A stretch of DNA of 64,000 bases from Octopus vulgaris (Eukaryota), in the NCBI GenBank assembly GCA_951406725.2, contig OX597815.1:158286001-158350000 (forward strand), given 5' to 3'. A model generated the notes under the pieces. That model was not told the DNA's origin, did not search any database, and was given only the letters and a program-made list of their open reading frames with translations. The position numbers and the translations under genes are program-made. This document shows positions 1 to 13,489 of this stretch, in pieces (position 1 is the stretch's first letter; the number at the start of each line of letters is the position of its first letter).

Positions 1-1269
1 CTGAGAAAAAGAAAACAAAAAACTTAAAATCAGACAAAGAAAAGAAAGTGCTGTGGTGACAATATTATGGGATTTTTTTTTTATTGTTTCTACGAACCTT
101 CTTTTTCTTCCTTGCTTTTTATTGACGAAGTACTGGAGTCGGTTCATTCGACTAAAAATTCTTCAAGTGTACTTCGATACGTTGAACTTACACCTGTTTG
201 TTTCTTAAAATTTAAACTTAATTATACTGTACTCTTGTCTTAATTTTTGTTCCTGGTGTCTTAGGTATTTTACATACTGATGCAGGCCTCAGTTACTAAA
301 TACCCAGAACAAAATATATGTTATAATATTCCAATGAAGGAGGCGTTACGTGTTTGCTCGACGCTCAGAAATTAGCTGCGAAATTTCTCACGAATCGTAC
401 GCTATCATCTTAAAAACAGAAGACGTTCCATAATATAGCTTTATAGATAACACCTAGGCAAAATTGTGTCTGAATATAAAAAGACAGGATGGTCACTGCA
501 AAAGTGGGGCTAATCATCTTACTTCGTAAGTATTTTTTAATTACCGCATTTAATGGCATATAAGATGTATGGTCATATTAGACGAACCCCAATTTCAGCA
601 GCATTCATTCAAGAAAAAAGTTATCCTTGCATTGATGCATATAACATTTAAAGCAGCCTAACAACACATTAGACATTACAAAAGTACCTTGGCTATGGCA
701 GAAAACATTCCTGTGTATAAAAAGTAAGTTAGCAGTTCAACTGGATATAAAGCAAGAGATCACGTTAAAGAAAATATCCTGCACGATTGCATATCGTCTG
801 CTTAGAAGTAGCCTTTTGAAGTAAGCGTTAGGGACCAAATTAGCTTACAGAAGGCCTAACATCATATATAGAACCTGGGATAAATTTTGAGATATTTCTT
901 TGAAAAACAAAAATGTATTTTACATGCAATCAAATACTGCAAATGTTTAGTGTAATTGTGTCTATTTCAACCGAAGTTGATGTTGAAATACAAAACAACA
1001 TAATACATGCCATTAAGAAATTTTCTATAATTTTGCCTTTTCTCCTCTCGCCTTCATGTGGTGTATGAAAAAAAAAACAAAAGAAAAACATGCTGAATAA
1101 TCTTAGTTATTTGAAGGAGACCCGTTGTATTCTTTTTCATATAAAACGTGGTCTTTGAAGACATTAGATAATATTTCTTATGATTACAATTTTGCTTTTC
1201 TTAATGGCTAAGAAACTTTATCCGCGTAACGTGTCTTTTGAGATGGAGGTTTAAGTGTCGTTTTTGTCG

Positions 1270-1429
<160 letters not shown>

Positions 1430-1558
1430 TTCTGATTTCTTTTCTAAGATGTAATACAATTCAAAGAAATGCCTAGACACACATAAGTACATAAAATCAT
1501 TGGATACAAGAAAATGTTAACACGCAAACATATACTGACACTCATATACAGGGACTAC

Positions 1559-1589
<31 letters not shown>

Positions 1590-1681
1590 TGTATGTATGT
1601 ATGTATGTATGTATGTATGTATGTATGTATATGTACCACACACACATACAAGTGTGTATAAGTATATACATATGAATATAT

Positions 1682-1849
1682 AGGCATGGCTGTGTGGTAA
1701 GAAGCTTGCTTCCCAACCACAGGGTTCTGGGTTCAGTTCCACTATGCGACGCTTTGGGAAAGTACCTTCTAAAATAGCCTCAGGTAGACTAAAACCTTGT
1801 GAATAGACTTGATAGATGGAAACCAAAAGAAGCCCGACATGTACATATG

Positions 1850-1897
<48 letters not shown>

Positions 1898-2090
1898 GTG
1901 TGCGTGTGTGCACGTGCGTTTGTTCCTCACCACCGCGCTTGACGAACGATGATGGCGTGTTTGCTTCCCAATAACTTAGCGGTCCGGCAAAGAGACCGAT
2001 AGAATAAGTAGTTGGCTTAAATATACAAAAATAAGTTCGATTCGTTCGAATAAAAGTTCTCGGAGGCGGTACCTCACCATGGCTACACTC
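1682..2090 (+). mobile_element. tRNA-derived SINE family B (CORE-like), diverged
   Basis: GGCTGTGTGGTAAGAAGCTTGCT...GGGTTCAGTTCC head and internal (GT)n; matches the copy at 54387-54785. Confidence 0.85.
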
Positions 2091-2096
2091 CCAGAC

Positions 2097-2155
<59 letters not shown>

Positions 2156-2170
2156 ATATGCATATATACT

Positions 2171-2268
2171 CTTTCACTTGTTTCAGTCATTTGACTGCGG
2201 CCATGCTAGAGCACCGCCTTTAGTCGAGCAAATCGACCCCATGACTTATTCTATGGAAGCCTAGTACT
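2171..2268 (-). mobile_element. SINE family B, 3' fragment
   Basis: CTTGTTTCAGTCATTTGACTGCGGCCATGCT...GTCGAGCAAATCGACCCC is the reverse complement of the family B tail. Confidence 0.85.
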
Positions 2269-2404
2269 TCTGTCATCATTGCAATCGGATATGTCGATCC
2301 CACATCGGCCTTATCAGCCACGAACGAGCGTGTAGACGACGTGGACCACAGCCTTCTTAATTTTCGTCAGCGAAGCCAAGTCAAGATACGTTATATATAA
2401 TGCA

Positions 2405-2475
<71 letters not shown>

Positions 2476-2560
2476 TTGATTAATAGTAGCAGATAGATTT
2501 CGTATTAGACTTTTACTACGCACAACATATGTTTCGTCTCATCAGTTTGGGTCACTTTAT

Positions 2561-2612
2561 TTGGCTTCAAGACGAAAGGTGTTCTTCCATCAGGATAATG
2601 CTCAACATTTAA
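2561..2612 (+). mobile_element. Tiny mariner transposase fragment (SRRKVFFHQDNA)
   Basis: Nearly identical to the reverse complement of 21127-21170 in the mariner relic. Confidence 0.7.
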
Positions 2613-2799
2613 ACACACTAATCGAATTATACGTATTTGTCTAAATTTATTTATTTTATATACATACATATATATACACATACGTAGATATTACATACAT
2701 ATGCATATATGCACATACATATATATACATACATACATACATACATATATATACATACATTAGGTACGTACATATATGTTTATATATATGCATATATTT

Positions 2800-3560
2800 T
2801 ATTAACATATTATACGACTAAACGCACGCACCCTATTAAGTAAGATTGTTCTGTTTATCAAGTTCGCCTTGATATTAACTCTCACGCGACTCTGCATCTT
2901 TCTTTCTTTCTCTCCCATTCCCTTTTTCGTCTTTTTTCCCTCACTTAACTTGTCTCTTCCTCTCTCTCTCCCCCTCACTGTTCTTCATGGTCTCCTCGCA
3001 CCATTCCCCTTCTTCTCTCTCTTCCTCTTGCTCCTCCTCCCCCATTCCCGTCGTCCATCTGCGACGTACTTCCGTCGTAACTGCTATCCCGTCCTTTTTC
3101 GCCTGCCTTCTAAGGCCACTGGTCGACATCTTCCTCTCTCGTCGTCCACTATAATCCAGCGTTTGCAATACTTTTTTCGTCTGGCGTTAACAGCCCTTCT
3201 TATCTTGTTCTCCTTGTCCTGTCTCTCACTGTTATATATTTATTTTTCCACTGTTTATATATATATTTTTTACTGTTTATATGTTTGTACTGTCGTTACC
3301 GTCTTGCTTTTTTTTACCCCTCTGCGACAAGATCTCAGAAATTTAATTGATTTGCTTTTCGCAGGAAGGAATTTTTCATTCGAAGTATACGTCTCGCTTT
3401 TATCCTTCGAAACGTTTAGTAGATGAAACTTTAGCGACTGAAGAAGGGGATTTTTCGTTGTGCTTATTGTCCTGTATCTCCTTTTTTTGCTTGTCTTGTT
3501 CCTTGGTTTGTGTCTATGTTTTTCGTCTCTCTATGTGTTCGACGTCCTTTTGGTGTCCTG
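2800..3560 (+). mobile_element. Penelope-like non-coding terminal (pLTR-type) repeat with hammerhead half-motifs
   Basis: Pyrimidine-rich tract, then CGAAGTATACGTC-TCGCT, TCCTTCGAAACGTT and AGCGA-CTGAAGA-AGGGGA; flanked by TA-rich microsatellites. Confidence 0.55.
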
Positions 3561-3637
3561 TACACATATATGCGTGTATATGTACATGTAGAGGTAGGTA
3601 CGTACATATATGTTTATATATATGCATATATTTTATT

Positions 3638-3679
<42 letters not shown>

Positions 3680-3789
3680 TGCAGATAGTATAGAAATGTG
3701 TGCATAGTATGAGTGTGTGTTTGCACATGTGCATAAAAATACGCATGTATATATATATAGTCATATGTATGCATATACGTATATATAAG

Positions 3790-3830
<41 letters not shown>

Positions 3831-3837
3831 GTCTGTT

Positions 3838-3873
<36 letters not shown>

Positions 3874-5055
3874 ATCTATCTATCTATTTGCGTGTCTGTG
3901 TGTCTGTCTTTGTCTCCGTCTGTCTGTCTGTCTCTGTATATAAGTGTATACAAATATGTTTATAGATATGTGTGTGAGCGTGCGAGTGCGTATGTTGTGG
4001 AAGAAACCAAACCTATGCTCTTGATCTTTGTATTAAGATTGCAGACTCCTTGGACAAATTATGTAACTAATATTGAATTTCGAAACGCATAAGAAAATTT
4101 CTAGTTTTATAAATATAATACGGCTAATTTGATGAAATATTGTACGTGACATCCATATCAATGATATATAAAAGTATTAATGGAAACCAAAAATTTAATT
4201 CAAACTGCGCCATTTAGCCGATTATATAGAATAGGAATATATTACAAAACAAGATAAATAACTTCAGAATAATTCAAAGGCTGTTGTATTTATTATCCTG
4301 TTTCTCGTAAACAAATTGTTAGTGTGGAATATCAGGGACAAATTAGTCTGGTTAATGATAACATTTCCCTCAATAATTCACAGACACGAAGTTTGCGATT
4401 TCAGGGAAAGACAGCGAAATAAGTAAATAAATAAATAAGCAAATAAATAAATAGATAAATAAATAAAAGAAGTGCATTGGTGTTCAAGCCTTTCTTAGAA
4501 ATGTATGAGCTGTGTATTTGATAACAAATGATAATAATCTCGAGTTGAACCTAGATTGTATAGAAACTGCTCTATGGATGTTTTCGTCGGGCATATCATG
4601 CTAGTAAGCTTATACAAATCGGAATAGATTTGTGAATGAATCTAACAATAAAACAGCATATGTAACTGTCGTGTAGCATGGGTTTTGACTGCCTTTAGTA
4701 GCCACTTTGGTCACCACTTCCTTGAGCATAGAATACGTTCAACTGCAACGGACGTACAGAAAGTGGCCATCCGATGTGAATGGCACTTCACGTTCATCCC
4801 AGTGGTATGTTAGAGGGCCCACAATAATTCACATACAAAGATTCTTCCTCGTTCATACAGATACACACACGTACACTCACTCACACACAGAGACACACAC
4901 ACAAACACACACACACACACACACACACAGACACACACACAGACACACACGCACACACACATTCACATGGGATATATAAGTGAGACATTTTGTCGTTGGC
5001 TGACCATGCAAATAAAAAGAAGCAGTTCAACTGTAGAGGCTTATTTATAGCAAAA

Positions 5056-5117
<62 letters not shown>

Positions 5118-5309
5118 ATTATCTGTCTGTCTGTCTATCTACCTATCTATCTAATTATCTGTCTGTCTGTCTATCTGTCTATCTATATGTATGTGTATAT
5201 GTGTGTGTTTATTCATGCACACACACGCATATATATATATGCACATATATGTGTGTGTTCATAAACACACACGATGTGAAAAACATTCGAGGACATATTT
5301 GGATATTCA

Positions 5310-5695
5310 AATCAATTCTAATCTACCAAAAATCAAACGTATTTTAATAAATATTTATGCACATGTTCTTCATATGAATATGTCTTCAGCTTCGATGAAT
5401 ACTCCAACGACGGTCTAAAATCGTTGACATGCCAATACCAAATGGTACTTATTCTTTTCAGACACCTGAACAGTAGCGACTTTCAATGAAGCCATTGGTA
5501 TTTGTGAGAATGTTGTTTAGTCCGCCATTCAACAACGCTCTAAACGTAGTAGTCCATAAGATTTAAATCTGGCGAGTTTGGAGGCCTGAAGTTTGCTGTT
5601 ACTTGATCGTAAAGGATGTCTGAACTCATTTTGGGATTATATAGGCTGTGCGGAAAGGTGCTGAGTCTTGTTGAAACATGTATGGTCTTCCACTG
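5310..5695 (-). pseudogene. maT/DD37D-like transposase, C-terminal relic
   Basis: Minus strand reads GRPYMFQQDSAP...PPNSPDLNLMDYYV*SVVE, with stops and frameshifts. Confidence 0.8.
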
Positions 5696-5739
5696 TGTGG
5701 ATTTATATTTTATGCATAATATATATCAGATATAGATAC

Positions 5740-5951
5740 GGTGGCGAGCTGGCAGAATCGTAAGCACGCCGGGTAAAACACTTAGCAGCATTTCGTCCAT
5801 CTTTGCGTTCTGAGTTCAAACTTCACTGAGGTTGACTTTACCTTCCATCCCTTTCGGGATCAATAAAATAAGTACCATCTAAGCACGGGGTCGATGTAAT
5901 CAATTTCCCTCCTTCCCCGAAATTGCAAGCCTCGTGCCAACATCTGAAATC
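5740..5951 (+). mobile_element. tRNA-derived SINE family A (Meta-domain-like)
   Basis: GGTGGCGAGCTGGCAGAATCG head, B-box GAGTTCAAA, CCTTCCATCCCTTTCGGGATCAATAAAATAAGTACC core. Confidence 0.85.
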
Positions 5952-6136
5952 ATATGTAATGTAGATTGTGTATAATACATACATACATACATACATACAT
6001 ACATACATACATACATACATACATACATACATACATGCACAGACACACACATAAACACACATATATACACTAGAATGTTACCCGTCGCATGATGAGTAAC
6101 TTTGGAGGTATACCTTTGCCATTATGAGCAATATCA

Positions 6137-6750
6137 AAAGCGGCGAGCTGGCAGAAACGCTAGCACGCCGGGCGAAATGCTTAGCGGTATTTCGTCTGCC
6201 GTTACGTTCTGAGTTCAAATTCCACCGTGATCGACTTTGCCTTTCATCCTTTCGGAGTCGATAAATTAAGTACCAGTTACGCACCAGGGTCAATGTAATC
6301 GACTTAATCCGTTTGTCTGTCCTTGTTTGTCCTCTGTGTTTAGCCCCTTGTGGGTAGTAAAGAAATAGGTATTTCCTCTGTGGCTACGTTGTGAGTTCAA
6401 ATTCCGCCGAGGTCGACTTTGCCTTTTATCCTTTCGGGGTCGATAAATTAAGTACCGGTTACGCACTGGGGTCGATGTAATCGACTTAATCTCCTTGTCT
6501 GTCCTTGTTTGTCCCCTCTATGTTTAGCCCCTTGTGGGCAATAAAGAAATAAGAAACGTTAGCACGCCGGGCGAAAGGCTTAGTGGTATTTCGCCTGTCT
6601 TTACGTTCTGAGTTCAAATTCCGCTGAAGTCGACTTTGCCTTTCATCCTTTCGGGGGCGACAAATTAAGTACCAGCTCCGTAGTGGGGTCGATCTAATCG
6701 ACTGGGCCCCTTCCCCAAAAATTTCGGGCCTTGTGCCTAGAGTAGAAAAG
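6137..6750 (+). mobile_element. SINE family A, head-to-tail trimer inside one TSD
   Basis: Three GAGTTCAAATTCC...GTCGATAAATTAAGTACC units; flanking direct repeat ATTATGAG(C/T)AATATCA at 6121-6136 and 6751-6766. Confidence 0.9.
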
Positions 6751-7048
6751 ATTATGAGTAATATCAGAAAATATAGCATGCATATAATAATTACAGTTTA
6801 ATTTTTAGCAAAATTTTAGTGAATTTACAGATTGATAAAATGAATACTAATTTTCAACAGAAAATTATTTATTACGATAATATAAAATAAATCATATTTT
6901 TCATTTTTGCAATAGATATATGTTACTATTGTAATTAATTTTTTTCCAATATCATATCAATCGGCTCTATCGAAAACTAGTTTCTGCAAAATTTCATTAA
7001 GACATGTATATTTCAGAAAGATTTTATTGCTTGCCACTACGCTTCGCA

Positions 7049-7275
7049 CGAGAGGATGCGGAAAAGTTTCTGGCTTTGGGTAAAAAAAAAAATAAATAAA
7101 TACAAGAGGATCAGTTAATTATGATTTTATTCAACATATTCCCCTCTCAGATTCACTCACTTATTGTTACAGTCCTTCAGTTTTTCTAAGTCTTGTAAAA
7201 GAACTCTGAAGTTTGAGCCTCCAGCCAGGCCTTTCGCGAAACCCTTAAACCCAGGGACCTTTCAGCATTCACTCG
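7049..7275 (-). mobile_element. Mariner-derived MITE
   Basis: Degenerate TIRs CGAGAGGATGCGGAAAAGTTTCTGG / CCAGGGACCTTTCAGCATTCACTCG, then TA; inverted relative of 30830-31046. Confidence 0.75.
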
Positions 7276-7443
7276 TATATTCACTCCTCGTGTACCTCTT
7301 ATGTTAACTATCTTCGTATCTCTCTTTTACTGATCCTACTCCCTCTTTCTATATGATATAAAGTGTGACTAGAAAAAAACCCAACCAACCAAACCAACCA
7401 ACCAACCAACCGTTATATCTGCTACTGTATGTGTGTGTGTGTA

Positions 7444-7493
<50 letters not shown>

Positions 7494-7947
7494 AAAGAAT
7501 TGCTATTTCCAATGAGATAACATAACTTCATGTAAAAATTCCTGTATATCCAAATTCCAATCGAATATTGAACATTAATTCTCCACCGATTTACTTTTGG
7601 TATTATATACATTTGAATAATGTATAATCTATATCCGAGACCAGAATAAAATAGGAGAGATGTTTTAAATCTTTTTTTTTTTTATTAAAGGATCATTAAA
7701 TATATAACCTTTGCACTATATACTTACACACATGCTCACAAATGCATGCATGCATGTCATTATTCAGTTTAATTTCAAGATTTTTTTTGCCAATAGAGAA
7801 AGAGCCGGTTTATAAACTAGATCCAAGGCTCCTTCATTGGAATTTCAACAACATTAACAGGGTATTTTTGTATGTACAGGGGTTGGACAAAATAATGGAA
7901 ACGCCTAGCATTATAGCATCATAATTTTGAAATATCTATAAAACCGT

Positions 7948-8113
7948 TCTATATTTAAGAGATGAGGAATTATGTACATTATTTACATTTGTCGGATTTT
8001 TGTCCTCATCTTGGGGTTAGTAGACCGCGCTCTTGACCACTACGTCATATGGTGTAGTGGTTACGAGCGCAGGCTACTAATCCTAAGATTCCGAGTTCAA
8101 TTCCAAGCAGTGA

Positions 8114-8168
<55 letters not shown>

Positions 8169-8337
8169 TATAACAATAATTATAATAACATCGAAAAATA
8201 CATTAGGAATGAGAACCCAGGTTCGAATTTCCCCAAGACACCTCCTGAAGGCTGAAGGGTATATCAGCCGAAATGTTGTGTTAACAACAAACAAGATGAG
8301 GACAAATATCCGTCAAATGTAAATAATGTAAATAATT
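7948..8337. mobile_element. Palindromic tRNA-headed element with Penelope-type hammerhead tail, nested in the Tc1 5' UTR
   Basis: Inverted arms around CATATG (8046-8051); A/B boxes at about 8052-8104; (AAT)n; HHR-like motif 8237-8282; TSD TATAAAAC(C/T)GT at 7937-7947 and 8338-8348. Confidence 0.8.
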
Positions 8338-8466
8338 TATAAAACTGTCAAAAGCTTGTTTATTTTTATGTTTTTTGATTTATTATTAGTGTTGCTTGAT
8401 ATGTTTTGCTAAAATTGCTGTTTCTTTTCAGATATCACCCCCAAAAGGTAATTAAAATTCATTAAA

Positions 8467-9474
8467 CTGACAGATCTATCGGACTTTCAAAGAGGTCAAA
8501 TTGTTGGTGCTTGTATGGCAGGCGCCAGCGTAACGAAAACAGCCGAAATGTTTGGTGCATCAAGAAGTACTGTTTTGAAAGTAATGACAGCCTTTGAGAA
8601 AGAGGGAAAAACCTCCTCATCGAAACAAAACTCCGGAAGAAAACCAAAACTTTCAGACAGGGACCATCGGACTGTTATGCGAATTGTTAAAAAGGATCAC
8701 AAAACTACAGCTCCCCAAATTACTGTAGAGCTTAATGACCACCTCGAGAACCCAGTTTCCACAAAAACTGTTTGCTGGGAGCTGCACGAACCCGGATTTC
8801 ACGGGAGGGGTGCAATCAGAAAACCACTACCTTCAAAAACAAACGTTGCAAGGCGTTTAGAGTTGAGTAAAGACCTACAGAATTGGTCCCTAGAGCAGTG
8901 GAAGAATGGTAAATTCTCGGACGAGTCATCCCTTACCTTATTTCCGACCACCGGCCGAGTATACGAGTGGAGACAGCCTAAACAATCATTTGACCCAGAC
9001 TGCCTTCTTTCAACCGTTAAACATGGAGGAGGATCTGTGATGATCTGGGGGCTATATCTTGGAAATCCGCTGGCCCAATGATTTCCCTTCATGGCAGAAT
9101 TAATAGTCAAGATTATTTAAGCATTTTATCTGATCAAATTCATCCTATGATTGCGGTACTGTTCAGGATGATAATACCTCAATTCCCACAGCTGAAGTTG
9201 TTACTGAATGGCACAAGGAACATTCTAGTGAAGTTGAACATCTTATCTGGCCACCACACTCCCCAGATTTCAATATTATTGAACATTTATGGTGCATTTT
9301 AGAAAAGCAACTAAGGAGACGATATCCTCCACCATCATCACTACAAGAACTGGCGACTGTTTTAACTGAAGAATGAACAAAAATTCGTTTGGAAACAATT
9401 CAAACTTTGTACGAGTCAATACCTCGTAGAATTCAAGCTGTAATTACTGCCAAAGCGGTCCTAACCCATATTAA
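8467..9474 (+). pseudogene. Tc1 transposase (DD34E-type), frameshifted
   Basis: DLSDFQRGQIVG, GRKPKL, FSDES, KHGGGSVMIWG, QDDN, WPPHSPDFNIIEHLW, split across ORFs 8515-9081, 9078-9302 and 9389+. Confidence 0.93.
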
Positions 9475-9590
9475 AATAAATTTGCTTGAAATTCTAAGGT
9501 GTTTCCATTATTTTGTCCAACCCATGTATGTATGTATGTATGTATGTATGTATGTATGTATGTATGTATGTATGTATGTGTGTGTGTATG

Positions 9591-9785
9591 TATGTGTGAT
9601 GTTTGTGTTGGGAGAAGTCGATAGGAGAAACTTGAAGTTCTAGTCCGCTTGATGTGTGTATGTGTGTATGTATGTATGTATGTATGTATGTATGTATGTA
9701 TGTATGTATGTATGTATGTATGTATGTGTGATGTTTGTGTTGGGAGAAGTCGATAGGAGAAACTTGAAGTTCTAGTCCGCTTGAT
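9591..9785. repeat. Local tandem duplication, period 132 bp
   Basis: Identical ~60-bp GTTTGTGTTGGGAGAAG...TCCGCTTGAT blocks separated by (TATG)n. Confidence 0.9.
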
Positions 9786-10010
9786 CCTCATAACAAATTT
9801 GCCTCTACTCTCAGTTGGGAATAGAGGTTTTGTGAGGTACGCACTCTGAAAAATTCTGGAGCGACAAAGAGGAGTGTGTGTGTGTGTGTGTATGTGTGCT
9901 TGTGTTTAATGTTTTGGTTGAACCAGTTGTATGCGTTGCTTAGCTCCAAGTTAATCTTTATCAGGTAGAATTATGATCAGTTTCCCTTCCCATCTTTTGT
10001 ATATCTAGAA

Positions 10011-10150
10011 TAGGCAGGGACAAACTTTTTCGAAAGGTAGCCGCCTAAGACATGGCTCATTATTAAGCGGGTCATACTACGACAAAAATTCAAGGTAACT
10101 TTTTGTTAGACATTTCAGAAAGTCCCAGGGTCGCAGTTTGCTTATGACTT
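10011..10150. mobile_element. hAT (Charlie-like) MITE, degenerate
   Basis: TIR-like TAGGCAGGGACAAACT / AGTTTGCTTATGACTT; 8-bp TSD-like ATCTAGAA/ATCTCGAA. Confidence 0.6.
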
Positions 10151-11700
10151 ATCTCGAACTACATTGTCCAATATACCACTCATTCTTGTTTTTTTTTTAA
10201 GATGATAGAATGACATAAAAAGTACCGGATTTAAATCTTCTTATTTTGGGTCATGGGCATGCACGCGCGCGTATGTGGAAAAAGAGTGAAAGAGAGAAAT
10301 ATAGGCGGGCTGCAATGTACGAGTGAGAGAACCTACGTAGGGGTTGGCGAGAAATGTAAATGTAAAAGAGAAAGAAAGGATTGCGGTAGAAGCTAAGCTG
10401 GATCAATGCAAGTTAGTTAACAGTTTAGCTGAATCGAATCTGTTAGTCAATCTGCTTATTCTCATTAGAGAATAATACACGTAATGAGAAGTATCTATAA
10501 ATGGGTGATCGGAACTACTGACTAGTAAATGAAATCATGGCGACCAAAGAAATAAAGTTAGTACAAACCAACGAAACATATATCAATTATGCAGTGCATG
10601 TTCTTGTATACTTACAGTTAGCTGTACTGGTAAGTGTTAATGTAGCTTAGTTATAATTGATACAGTACGAATCGGGCTTTCTCTTGAATGGTCGCGCTTG
10701 TAAAATGGACATATAGAAGGATGATGATTTAGCTATAACTCAGTAAAGTGGGCCATACCCAGTGGCTTAACTTTTGTCGTAAAAGAGCGCAGAGTGAGAA
10801 GAGATATCAAGAACAATATAGACGCTACGGAGAAAGCATCCAGATAGTTCTGCTTGAAAAGAGGGATTTGCTGGAGGTTAGAGAAAGTCAATTTGATATA
10901 GGTCTAGACTTGATCACTCTAGGTCGGCTAAACTAGATTATGAGGTTGTATGCTGGAAGACTCGTAACATCTAGAGAATCTAGAATAGAACACTGATGAT
11001 GCGTTCAAGTATTGCCTCTGTAGATGTATTTAAAACACACACACGTGCACACGCTCCCACACTCATATGCACGCACGCACACAGACGCGTATGCGCGCAT
11101 GCACACATATCTTATTCGGATCTTATGTATTTATGGTGATAACATAGAATTATAATTCATTGATGCTGCGAAAGAACATAAAACAAATGACGAAAATCAA
11201 CAAAATCGAGAAGTTACATGAAAATTCAACCTATATAAGCATGATGTTTAGTCACAATCCAGCGATTATGTAGAAAAATTGGATCAAATCTGCTGCTATC
11301 ATCCATATATTGTGTATTTAGGACTACATTACGAAATGCGCTCTCCCTTTTTGGTAAGTCGATACGGTATGATTTGAGGGAGATCTGTCTGCTATTTTAT
11401 TAGGACCACATTGTGACTGCATAGACGATCCATCGTCGTCTTGTTCTTAACCTTATATGTTTATATGCTTGGAGTGATAAATGCTAAAACATTCCGCAAT
11501 ATCGAATATCATATCCATTTAAAATCGTTTTAGACTCGTATGAATGAGTAGATATCGCCTTACATCACTTTAAGATATTTAGAATAAGATATTTTATAAG
11601 CTATTAATTAATTGATTCTTTAAAGTGCTATACCAAATTTATATTTATAAATAGCAGACTTATACAGGGATATATACTTACATATATATATATATATATG

Positions 11701-11755
<55 letters not shown>

Positions 11756-11816
11756 GCATATATATATGTGTGTGCGTGTATGTGACTCCAATTTCTTCAA
11801 TTTTATATATATGTAT

Positions 11817-13435
<1,619 letters not shown>

Positions 13436-13489
13436 TATGTGTGTCTGTGTATTTATATACATGTATTTATCGATAAGTATGTATTTGTA

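Larger units (their letters stand above)
7877..9526 (+). mobile_element. Full-length decayed Tc1 DNA transposon
   Basis: About 30-bp TIRs (CAGGGGTTGGACAAAATAATGGAAAC) and a TA target duplication on both sides (7875-7876, 9527-9528). Confidence 0.95.

Noticed and set aside
1107-1172. HHR-like hairpin TTGAAGG-AGACC...GGTCT-TTGAAGAC
   Set aside because: Both core boxes deviate too much to support a call.
2869-3426. 185-aa hydrophobic ORF
   Set aside because: Product of a CT-rich tract in a PLE-like repeat; no domain.
6140-6750. CRISPR-like regular repeats
   Set aside because: SINE multimer with no unique spacers or cas genes, in eukaryotic DNA.
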